DNA of 64,000 nt from Protoeuglena noctilucae (taxonomy: Eukaryota), in contig OY253676.1 of assembly GCA_958009085.1 (NCBI GenBank), positions 806,001 through 870,000 on the forward strand. The letters run 5' to 3'. The notes below the pieces were generated by a model, which searched no databases, was not told the DNA's origin, and saw only the letters and a program-made list of their open reading frames with translations. This document shows, in pieces, positions 37,339-48,985 of this stretch; the stretch's first letter is position 1, and each line of letters opens with the position of its first letter. The position numbers and the translations under genes are program-made.

Positions 37339-40300
37339 ATGCTCTCCAAGAGCCTCGCTCGGCCACGCGGTGCCGCTAGGAAGAACGTGAGTGTCGCTGG
37401 ATCGCACTGGCTGACGCTTTGAGCGCTATCTGTGCTTCCGCACTCCGCCCCAAGCACCGGTGCGTGCCCAGCGGCGCGATCGTCGCACTTCCAATGCCCG
37501 CTCTGTTTCACGCAGGATGTTCGTCGGAAGAACGTGTTACCGAGCGACAGTTCCGTTCCGGACGACCCGCGGGAGAGCGACGGGGGTGAGCGTCACCTGT
37601 TGGGTTGCCATCTGCGCCTGCAGCTCGCGGCGCGCTCGCCCGCCGCCTGCTTTTTCTGACAGAAATCGGTTTTATTTCGCTTTTCGCAGGTCAGCCGGAG
37701 CTCCCGAGCGCCGCTGTGCCGTCCAAGCGGCGCGGCAGGGCGCAGGGCCCGGCGCAGTCATGGTTAGGGTTAGAGGACCCCAGCAGTCCTTCTGAGTCCG
37801 GCGATGAGTTAGACTACAAGCCAGGCGATGACTCAGCGGACTCGAGCAGCGAATCGGTGCAGGAGGTGCCCCGGGCGCCGCCTGTGTGGCAGGGGCGGCC
37901 TGGGCTGAGGCGAAATGGGAAGTTGGGAATGGGGGAGACTGTGGGGGGTGGCGAGAGAGGGAAGGAGGGAGCTGGGGCGGGTGAAATGCGGGCGATGGGT
38001 GGCGTGGAAGATGTGGGGAAGGAGGGGGGGTTGGTTGGGGACGGGGGCGGTGGTAAAGGGGGCGATGGGGGTGGTGGTGAGGATGGTGGGGATGGTGCGG
38101 GGGTGCATGCGTCAGATGATGACAGCAGTAGTGTGGAGATGCTGGAGCCGCCTATGCCAAAGCGCGCTCGACGGGAGCGGAGTGAGAGAGGCAAGGGCGG
38201 GGGCGGGTGGGCGAGGGGCGGGGGGGGTGGCAAGGAGGGTGGCGATGAGGGTGGCAGTGGGAGAGGCAGGGAGGGTGGTGTTGAGGGTGGCAAGGAGGGT
38301 GGTGACAAGGGTGGCAGTGAGGGTGGTGTTGAGGGTGGTACTGGGGGTGGCAAAGGGGGTGGCGAGTGTGACAACAACGGGTGGCAATCACCTGCGGGAG
38401 GCAATCAAGATCAGCAGGAACAGGGCGGTTCTGCGGATGTGGAATTGCACGGATCTGCGGGTGCCAGTAAACGGGGGGAGAAGCGGCGGTTTGCGGGTGG
38501 TCGGGGGCAGGGGATGCCAAAGCAGCTGACGGCGCGCAAGCGGACGTTTGCGGACGCGCGTTTGAGTTTGGGTGCGGCAGTCGGTGGGGGTGGGGGTGGG
38601 GGTGAGGGCGCGGGTGGGAGTGGGGGTGGGAATGGAGGTGCGGCAGTGGGTGCAAGTGGGGGTGGGGGTGCGGAGGGCGATGGTGGCGATGGTGGCGATG
38701 GGGTTGAGGGTGCGGGTGCGGACGCAGATGAGGGTGTGGGTGCGGGTGCAGGTGTGGGTGTGGGTGTGGGTGTGGGTGGGGGTGAGGGTGGGAGTGGGGG
38801 TGCAGCAGTGGGTGTGGGTGCGAATGTAAATGTGGGTGCTGATGCTGGTTTGGGTGCTGATGAGGGTGGTGGCAAGGTTTCCAAGAGAGCGAAGAGGGGT
38901 GGGTCAGGGGAGGGCGGGCGAGAGCGGGAGGGGGCAGTGCGGGAGGAGGGGAGGGGTGGGACTGAGGATTGGAGAGAGGTGGCGGTGGCAGATGTGGCAG
39001 ATGGGCAGGTGCCGGTGCAGGGCGTTGTGACGAAGGAAAGGGCGCAGGTGAGTGTGATGGGTCTGGGGGTGGTGTCGTTGCATACACACGGCTGGTGTTG
39101 CTGTTGGGGTGGGGCAAGTGGAGATGCTGTTGCTGTGAAGGGGTGGGGATAGCGGTGCAAGGATGATGGTGGTAGTGAGTGTTGCTGAGATCCTGACTCG
39201 TCTATTACTCTCACTCTCTCCCTCCTGCAGTGGCACGACATGGTGGGCGGGGAGGTGCGCAAGCGATTCCTGGGGGAGTTTTACGAGGGCGACGTGGAGG
39301 GGCGCAGGGTGGGGCCCAAGGGGAAGCCGTGGTATCATGTGAGGGGCGGGGGGTAGAATGGTTGTGTCGATGAGAATTGATGATGACGATGATGATGAAA
39401 ATGGATGATAGTGGTGGTGGTATCATGTGAGGGGTGGGGGGTTGGGATGGATGGGCGTGTTAGTGATAACAATAGGTGATTATGATAACAGGTGATCACA
39501 GTGGTGGTATCAGGTAAGGCGTGGGGGATTGGGATGGATGGTTGTGTTGATGATGATAACAGGTGATGTTGATAACGGGTCGTAACGGTGGTGGTATCAG
39601 GTGGGGCGTAAGGGGTTGTGATGGATAGATGTATTAGTGATAGTAACGATGGTTATTACCATCATTGCCACCGCCATCACCGAAGTCATCATGAGTGTCA
39701 CCTTTATCATTACCAACAACAATATATTACCACCACTATCATCATCACCATCCCCCCAGGTTTCTTACGAGGACGGCGACAGTGAGGACATGTCAGAGGA
39801 CGAACTGCGCAAAGTCATGACGTGGTGGCACGGGTGTGGCAGGCCACGGCCCCAACTCAACAAGCAGCCCCGATCGACATTACTCCTATCCTCTGATAGA
39901 GATATACAGACATACAGAGAGATACAGACAGTCACGCCCACGGGCACCACGCGCAAGAGAGGCGTGTCGCGGGGTGCGAGGGGTGCGAGGGGTGCGAGGG
40001 GCGGAAATGACGGTACGGCCAAAGCACGTTCGGCGCGTGCCAAGGGGGTGGAGTTGGTTACAAAGGGGAGTGGTGATGAGAGTCAGAAACGGGGGGCAGC
40101 CGGGCGGGGGAGGGGCGGGAGGGCGGTGGGCGAGGGACACGGCGATTCTGACGCCAGCGCGGGCGCCAGTGAGAGCGCCAGTGAGAGTGAGAGTGGGATC
40201 AAGACTGACAGTGAGAGTGAGAGTGGTGGGAAGGATGAGGATGTGAGACGGAGCAAGGGGGGCAAGAGGGGCGGTGGGCGGGGGGGTGGCGGGAAGGGGG

Positions 40301-42779
40301 TGCGTGCGAGGGCGAGAGTGAAAAGGGGTGGTGATGCTTGAGCAAAGGAGGCAGCCCCTGCAACCCCTGGTGTGGAAAAGAAGGGAAGAGTGACGTCGAA
40401 GTCCCAAATGATAGAGGTGACGGACGTTGATAGGCGAGCGAGGGGGGGGGGGGGCGGTGAGGGGTGCGCAGGCGATTGTGACAGAGAGGGGCCAGGGAGC
40501 GGGGGAGCGATTGCCGGTGGGCCCGTGGGTGCGCAAGGTGTGGGCGGCGCCATTCGCGAATTTCGACTGGCGGTGGCTGGGGGAGGGGGAGATGGGGGGG
40601 GAGGAGCGCGTGTGCGGGTGAGATGAGAGGGGGTGCGGGTGCGGGTGGTTGTGTTTGCGTGAAGGGTGGGTGTTAAGCAGAAAGGGGAGTAACTAGAGAG
40701 TAGTATTTGTGTTGTTTTTGATATCAAAGACTCCCCTTCTATGTGCAGTTTCAAGCGCCCCCCCCAGTGCGTGCCTGGCTACCTGGGCGTCATCACCTTC
40801 ACACGGGAGCCAAACAGCAAGGCGAGATGGTGGATGCGTCGACTATATAGATCATCTATTAATTATTATAACCGCTTAATATTTATGATATAATTATAAC
40901 TGTTATTCTTCATATTATACTGATAACTTTATGATTGTTATTGTTGTAATTATTATTATGATTACTAATACAAATATCCAATTTCCACCCCCAGAACTAC
41001 TCCGGCGAGTTCACCTTCTGCATGTGGAACCACAGCCGCGCCGTCATTTACAATTACCCCGACTCTTTCCCGACAATCGAGGCCGCTGCTCGCGCTTATG
41101 ATCGCGTGGCAATCGCGTACAGTGGGGCTGACCGAGCACACACCAACTACCCTGTGGAGGGAGATGAGGGGGAGGAGGGCGGTAGGGAGGGAGGGAAGGG
41201 TGAGGGGTGTGGGGTTGGGGTGGCAGTGAGGGTGGCAGTGGGGGTGGTGTTGAGGGTGGCAGTAAGAGTGGTCGTGTGGGTGCCAGTGTGGGTGTGGGTG
41301 TGGGTAGCAGTGGGGGTGGCAGTGGCGGTAGCAATGGGGGTAGCAGTGTGGGTGTGGTTGCTAATGGGAATGCGTTTGCAACTCTCTGTCACTATCACTG
41401 TCACCCTTTCTATCTCTATCACTTATTACTAACTAGTAATCTCACTCTCCCCATCCCCCAACCATCTTTCAGGCATTGAGCTGAGCGTGGGCGGCAAGTC
41501 CTTCCCCCACATGGGTCTGCATGTGTTGGAGCTCAGGAGCAAGCTGCCGCTGGCGTGCTTCAAGGACGCCGTGACGGGTGAGGAGGCGTGTTGTTTGTTA
41601 AAATAATTTAATAGTTAAGTAAATAGTATAAATAGAGATAAAGGGTGAGGGTGCGTGCTTTAAGGACACCGTGAGGGGTGAGGGATGCATGGTTTATTTG
41701 CAAAGAAGTGAGCCTGTGTGTGGTTTGTAAGACACAATGACGGGTGAGGATGCGTGTTGGCTATAAATAGTCTATGAATGGAGATCATGGGTAAGGGTGC
41801 GTGCTTTAAAGACACCGTGACGGGTGAGGATGCGTGTGATTATTATAAATAGGAAAAGCAGCGAGGGGTGGGGTTCGTGCATCAAGGTTAGCGTGACAGG
41901 TAAGGCTGCATGCGTGATATTAACACACCGCCACTCCCGCACCCGCTCCCACCCCTCCCTCTCCCCTATCCCAAACCCAACCTCCTCGTCCCATGCCCTC
42001 TTCCCAAACCCCTCTTCCCGACCCCCTCACCAACTTACCAACCCCCCCTTACCAATCCCCTTAATCCCTTCCCCCCCCCCCCCCCCCCCCCCGCCCCTTT
42101 CACAGCATCTGACTGGGTGGCGTGGCGCGAGGGCGTGTGGGAGGAGGCATGTACGCACGCACTCAGGCGGGGAGACGAGGGCAAGCGGCAAATAGCACAG
42201 CTGGGGAAGCGGATCAAGTTCTTGTTGGAAGCACTCGATTCTGACATCGTCAGGCCCAGCCAGGTGGACAGGCGAGGGGTGGGGTGTGGGGTGGATGGGA
42301 CGGGGGGGTGGGCTGGTGGGGTGATGGGAGTGGTGGCTGTCATGTCATCGTTAATTATAGTACTATTATAGTACTATAGTATTATAGTACTATTAATTAT
42401 AGTGATCATATTTAATGTCAACTCTTTCCGATCGACTCACCCTCTCTCTACATATCACAGGTTCAAGCGCCTGCTCAGTGACTGCGATCGTGTGACGGAG
42501 GTGGGGGTAAAGGAGGAGCACTGGGCCACGGAAGACGGTGAGATGGTAGTTAATGTATGTATATTTTTTTATGGTTATCATTTGTCAATATATGCGGCGC
42601 TGTTACAAGAGGTGGGGGTCAAGGAGGAGCACTGGGCGAGAGAGGACAGTGAGTTGGTAACTAATACATGTAAATGTGTGTCTCTATTATGAAATTACTA
42701 TTAATAGTTATATAATGATATACTTTATATAACTATATACAGAGCTCCCACACTGCTGGTCCTGCGCAGTGACACTCTC

Positions 42780-42826
<47 letters not shown>

Positions 42827-45800
42827 ATAGTATACTATATATACTATATATACTATATATCTCTTATATATCCCACAGAGCTCCCCCACTGCTGGTCGTG
42901 CTGCGTGGCCCGCGCCCGTCGCAGCGGGGGTGCGTCCCCCGAGCAGCGCCGTCGCCAGATCCGGCACGGGTCGGTGTGCCTAGTAGCGATGATCAAGGCC
43001 ATTCAGTGGGAGATGGTGTCGTGGGACGCGGTGAAGGTGAGATGTGAATGAATGTTCGAATGAGTGAGTGAGTGAGGGAGTGAGTGAGAGTAGCATGAGA
43101 GTGACTGAGTGGCATGGATGATTAAGGCCATTCAATGAGAAATGGTGTCGTTAGCACTGAGATTGTCGTGGTAACTAGAACTATATCGCATATCACTTCA
43201 TCACTTTCTCCCTCCTTCCAGGCCCGCGAGGGTGGCAAGGACGCTGCGGGTGCGGCCATGAGGGAGGATGCCATCATGATGGATCTCTTCGCCAGGGGGC
43301 TCAAGCAACTGAAGGGGGAGGGGGAGAGCACGCCGCTCGTCAAGGTGAGGGGTGATGCATTTGACGATAACATATTCATATTATTGATCATGTAATCAAA
43401 TTGATTGATAGTCGTGTTATTGATTATATTGTTCGGGTAGTTGCTCATTTTTTTTTTTAAGTATTTCTCAAGTTACCTCTTCCCTTTCCCCACCCGCAGG
43501 CCGCCGCCCCCCGCCGCCGCGCCTTCCTGGGGGGCAACAAGGGCCGGCAGCGCGCCAACACCGCCCAGCAACACCAACACCAACAACAACAACAACAACA
43601 ACAGCGGGAGCGGGAGCGGGGTGGTGATGGCAACGGCGATGCGGGGCCGAGCAGTGGCGCAACCAGTGCAAACGGGGCAAGCGGGGCGGTTGTTGCAAAG
43701 GGGCGGGGGAAGTGGCGCGGTCCCAGCTCTGCGTTCCGGCCCGCCAGGGTGGGGCATTTGGTGCCCGAGGGGCTGCGCGTGGTGGTGATTGGGGCGGGGC
43801 CGAGCGGGTGCAAGGCGGCGTTTGACCTGCACGTGAGTGACTAAGGAGAGGGAGAGAGGGGAGGTGTGGAATTGTGTTGTGTTGTGTGTTAAGAGGGAGA
43901 GTTGCAGAGCGGGTGCAAGGCGGCGTTTGATTTGCACGTGAGTTACTTGGGGGGGAAAGATGAGAGAGGTGTGGGGTTGTGTGGTGTTGAGGGAGATGGA
44001 GGGAGTTGTGAGAGTAGTAAGAAAGGTGTTGCGTTGCGTTGAGAGCAGATCAACACACCCCACCCTTATTACCCCACCCCACCCACTCACCCCCCCTTCT
44101 CCACTCACCCCACTCACCCCCTCCACTTCCCCCCCCACCCCCCCCCAGCGCATGGGTGCCCACGTCACCATTCTGGAGGGCCGGGACCGCGTGGGGGGTC
44201 GCATCCACTCCTGGCGAATGAAGACGGGGGCAGCGGCAACGGGGAACGACACAGTGGCAGCTGCGGGGAATGACGATGTTACAAGGGCGACTGACGGGGC
44301 AGCGATGGGGGCAACTGATGCGGCAGCAATGAGGGCGGCTGATGAAGCAGCGATGAGGGAGCGTGGGACTGATGCAGCAACAACAAGGGAGCCTGCGACT
44401 GATGCAGCATCGAGGTCGCCTGACGCAGCCACTGCACCCGCACCCAACACAGCCACCGCCCCTGCTGCTCCTGTCCCCCTCATCTCCCCATCAATGGTGA
44501 CATCAACGGTGACGGTGGACTTGGGCGCTTCGTATATCTGTGGCACCAGCCGCAACCCCCCCTGCAACCCCATCTTAGAGTACTGCGTGGACAAGCTGGG
44601 GCTCGAGATCAGGCCCAAGGCGAGTGGCGATACTGTGGTATTTTATGATTTTATATAGTTATTGATCGTGTGTTTGCAACCCATATTTGTGTCATGTTAG
44701 TATCCAATATTTATCCTTATATTTTAGCTACAGCTACAGCTATAGTAATATTTACCCACTTACCCCTTATCTCTTCCGCAATCACTCCCAGTTCCGCGAC
44801 AGCGCCAAGCACGTTGCCTTTTTCGGCAGCGACGGCCGCCGTGTTCCCGACAAGACGGTCACGCGCGTGATGGCGAGATATGACGCTATTATGGACGCCC
44901 TATTGGAAATGAGCGATGAGTCGTGGTGCACGCCCGATGTGACTATGCAAGAGGCGGTGGACAGGCTCATGAGGCAGGGGGTGGGGGGCGGGGGCAAGCG
45001 GGGGGGCGGGGCGGCAAAGCGGGGGGGTGGCAGGAGGGGCGTGGGGCGAAACGGGGGATCTGGCAACGATACTGGCACCGGCAACGGTGCCGGAAACGGC
45101 AACGCGGGCGGGGACGGCAATGGGCGCGATGCGGGTGGTGGCACGAACGCAAATGCGGGTGGTGGTGGTGGTAATGGTGGCAGTGGTGGCAATGGTAACG
45201 GCAATGGTAATGGCGATGCTGATGCAGATGTGGAGTCTCAGATCATCGACGCGCTGTTCAGTGACTTGTATGTGGCTCCGATGGATGCCCTGTCACTGAC
45301 GGGGATGGTCAGCGAGGGCTTTGAGGGGGACCACGAGCTGGTGATGGGGGGGTTCAAGTGAGTTACTGGATATGTATATTTGCTAATATATAGATATAGT
45401 AATATGTATGATAATCATATGGTATGGTCAGCGAGGGATTCGAGGGGGACCACGAGCTCGTCATGGGGGGGTTCAAGTGGGTATTGTATGCGTGGTAATA
45501 ACTTAAGAGTTACTTAGTAATTCTATGCAATTATTATGTACAGTAATAATTACAGCAATAATATGATTCTCTCTTTACACCCGCAGGCAGATGATCGATG
45601 CCATTTTGGACGGCACCCCCCCCGACAACGCGCCCAAGAACCCAGACCTGGCCATTCGGTGAGTGGGAGAGTGGCAGAGACGATGTTTGGCTGCTATGTT
45701 TTTCACTTTTTTATCTTATAGCTTTTCTTGTGATCAACTTCCAAACCACGACAACTATGTAAATCTATATATAAGGTGGCAAATATTACTGTCATTCCCC

Positions 45801-47341
45801 CCCCTTTGCCCCCAGTGACAAGGTGCTTCTGTCCCACAAGGTCACTCAAATACAGACCGTGCCTGGGGGAGTGCTGGTGCACTGTGAGGGGATCGACCGG
45901 CCATTCGCGGCGCATTGCGTGGTTTGCACGCTGCCGCTGGGTGTGCTGCAGAAGGGGGCAGTGCAGTTCACGCCGCCATTGCCGGAGGTGAGGGTAGTGT
46001 TGAGTAGGGGGGGTGTGTGGGTGTGGGTGTGGGTGTGGGTGTGGGTGTGGGTGTGGGTGTGGGTGTGGGTGTGGGGGTGTGGGTGGGTGGGGGTACCTGG
46101 GGTGGGGCGGTGGTGGGTGGGGGTGTGGCGAGGGTGGTGATGTGATCAGGATGCCAATGGCCATGTCAAATTCAAACCATTAGCCCCTCTTTCCCTTTTC
46201 AGTTCAAATCCGAGGCCATTCGCCGCCTGGGGATGGGCACCGAAAACCGCGTCATGCTCACTTTCCCCAGGCAGTTCTGGCCAAAGGTGAGGGACATCGA
46301 CGTGGCGATTTAAATATCTGGTTAATGCGGAACAATGCCAGAGCTATCAAAATGACAAGCGTTTGTTTGTGTCAGATTAAAGCAAACGAATACCTGGCAC
46401 ATGCAGGCCACACCTGCATACACGTGCATACTCCCCTCCCCGCATCGCAGGGCCCCCATTTCCTGCGCCCGCTGGGCGAGTGCCGCTACACCTTCATCAG
46501 CCTGGCAGAGATGGGGGTCGGCAACGCCATGTGGTGCCACGTCAGGTGAATGGGTGTTGCATGTGCCATTAGGGATGCTATTGCAGTGAATGCCATGTGG
46601 TGCCACGTCAGGTGAGTGATGGAGTGATGGAGTGCATGAGTGCATGAGTGCTGCAAGTGCCATGGGTACTGCTATTGTTTGTGAATGCCACATGGTGCCT
46701 CATCATCAGTATTACTAGTTCATACTAGTAATACTTGTAACTAGTGTATTCACACCTTGCCGCTCCTCACCACTCCCCAGGCCCTTCGCCATCACCGAGG
46801 TCGAGGCCATGACGGACGAGGAGGCGGTGGAGGACGTCATGGGGCAGTTGCGAAAGATGTTCGGAGACGACATACCCGATCCCATCGACAGGCGAGATGG
46901 TGCATGCATGCACTTTCAACCACACCACCACTTCACCACTCCACCCCTCCCCCACCTCATCCCCCCACTGACCCCCGCAGCAAGGTCACGCGCTGGCAGA
47001 GCGACCCCTTCTGCTACGGCGCCTATTCCTACGTCCCCCGGGGCTGCCCCAAGGAGGCATACAAGGACATGTCGCTCCCCGTCGCTTGCGACCCAGCGAC
47101 CGACGCCCTGTGTCGCAAGCGCAAGCACGCGTCCGACGTCATCGCGCGAGAGCGCAACGTCCGGGTGTTTTTCGCGGGGGAGGCGACGAGCCCGGAGGAC
47201 TCGTACACGGTGCATGGGGCTTACGCTTCTGGGGCCAGGGAGGCAGAGAGGGTGAAGCGGTGGTGGGGCGCGAACGGGGCGGGGCTGCTGAGGGACTTCC
47301 GCGTGACGGAGCATGAGGTGGTGGAGGCGGAGGAGCAGTGA
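37339..47341 (+). CDS. Large nuclear-type protein: PTM-like Tudor + AP2/ERF domain + FAD-dependent amine oxidase (LSD1/PAO superfamily), about 20 exons; frame problem at about 40339-40455
   Basis: Tudor: MVGGEVRKRFLGEFYEGDV...WYH|VSYEDGDSEDM. AP2: GYLGV...FPTIEAAARAYDRVAIAYSGADRAHTNYP. Oxidase: VVVIGAGPSG, ILEGRDRVGGRI, DLGASYI, VVCTLPLGVL, RWQSDPFCYGAYSY, FFAGEAT...TVHGAYASG. Splice phases link all exons from the AP2 domain to the stop. Confidence 0.8.
42783..42870. repeat. Intronic (CT)n and TA-rich simple repeats
   Basis: Directly visible. Confidence 0.9.
46015..46075. repeat. Intronic (GTGTGG)n repeat
   Basis: Directly visible. Confidence 0.9.
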
Positions 47342-47533
47342 GGAGAGCGATGGGTGGGGCGCAAGTGCTAGTTGAGTGTATCATGATGGCTGTGCGTGGC
47401 GCGGCGAGCGCTGGATTGGAGTTTAATGTGCTGCTACGAAGTTTAGAGTATACGGAAACACACGCGGGCATCGGAGGCTCGAGGCGCTGCAGAGAAAGCC
47501 AAACACACTGGGCAGCCATCACCAACACTGCCA

Positions 47534-48409
47534 TCACTCGGGTGTCAAGTAGTCCCGCCACTCCAGGACCTCCTCAGCTTTATCAGACTCCCCAATCTTG
47601 CTCAGCTGCAGCGCCAGCACGTAGTACGTCCGCTCCTGCGGGCAGCAAACGAGGTCCATCTACAAACCGCAGTGACCCTTGCCCGCGCGCGAATGTGGCC
47701 CCGGGCCGCGCGTAACTCACCTGCACGAATTGTTGTTTCGTGACCATCGCCTCCACGAGATCGTAAGCCGCGAGCGCCCGCCCGGACTGCGCCAGGACGC
47801 GTGCGGTGACGTTGGACACCTCGACGTCCCCTTGCCGGCTTGAGCCAGGACCCGATACCAGCGCGAGTGCTCGGTCCGTGAGCTCTTCGTTCTTCTCCGC
47901 CCCCACAGCCTCCAGGACCGCCACGGTGGTCGCGGTCGACGGCGTCGCGCCGCGCTGAAGCAAGCCCTCGAAGAGACCCAGCGCCCTCTCCCACTGGTCG
48001 CTCGCTGCGCACGTGCGCACGGCGCACTCGATTGATGCACTCGAGAGCTCCAACTTCAAGAGCCTCGCCTCCGCCAGGAGTTCCAGGGCCTTGACGAAAT
48101 CCTCATCCATCTCCACCTCCGCCAGCGCTGCCTCATACGCTGCCGCGGAGGCACTCCCTGCGCATGATGAAGTGAAAACGAGCTTAAAGAAGCCATCGCG
48201 CCCATCGCTGCGTTGTATATCGTGGCGTGGAGCTACCTGTCCCCCATGCAAAGCGCACCTTCGTCCTTCAGCCGCTCATGCTCGTCTAGCCGCGCGCCCC
48301 GGCACCGGACGCTGCGGATCGATTGATGGATGCAAATATGTGATCGTGATGATCCCGCGCGGGGCGCCAAGGCGTGGCGGGCCGGCGCGCACGCGAGCCC
48401 GCCGCGCAT
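47534..48409 (-). CDS. Small PPR-like helical-repeat protein with a probable organellar transit peptide, 3 exons
   Basis: MRGGLACAPARHALAPR...|GSA...IECAVRTCAASDQWERALGLFEGLLQRGATPSTATTVAVLEA (PPR-like)...FVQ|ERTYYVLALQLSKIGESDKAEEVLEWRDYLTPE*. Confidence 0.65.
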
Positions 48410-48985
48410 CGCCCCTCTCTGCCCGCTCCCCGAGAGACCGCGCTTGCCGATTGCAATTGCAAGACCTCTGCTACTTAGCTCGCACAGTTAGCCTTACTAG
48501 GAGACCTCTCTATTCAATAGACGAAGGAGGGGCAGCCAGAGCGCTGCTAGAAAGAACGGTCGTGAGGGTGCAGTGGGGCCAAAGAGCGGCCTGCGGAGTG
48601 GGTCATGGGCAAACGAGTCGACCAAAGAGATGCGCAAGCCAAGGAACACGGGAAACTGCCCAGGGCTCGCGAGGGGAGACGCACAGAGGGCACCGCCTGG
48701 CCCGTGCAGACACGAAGGCGCAAGACAACACACTCGTGCACAAGCCCAGCGGCAGCGCACGGCACGAGGAGACGATGACGGCTCGCCGCGGACGCCCCGT
48801 CATCTTGCGATCGCATCGCAGGCGGCGCCTGGCAGGGTCGGTCCGTCCGGGCAGCTGAGCACGACCGGGGCCGTGTGCACTTGCGCCGTGGGAGCGAGCG
48901 AGCGGACTCAGTCCACTCTGCAGGAGTGCGCTCCGACGGACTTGCAACAGTGCGCTCCGATGATCTCAGTCTCGCAGCAGTGCGC

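Noticed and set aside
39329..39610. Regularly spaced repeats as a CRISPR-like array
   Set aside because: Eukaryotic intron; the 'spacers' resemble each other, the repeats are degenerate, and no cas genes are present.
40339..40341. Selenocysteine UGA
   Set aside because: Lies in low-complexity sequence with no redox motif, a frame change is still needed downstream, and no SECIS was identified.
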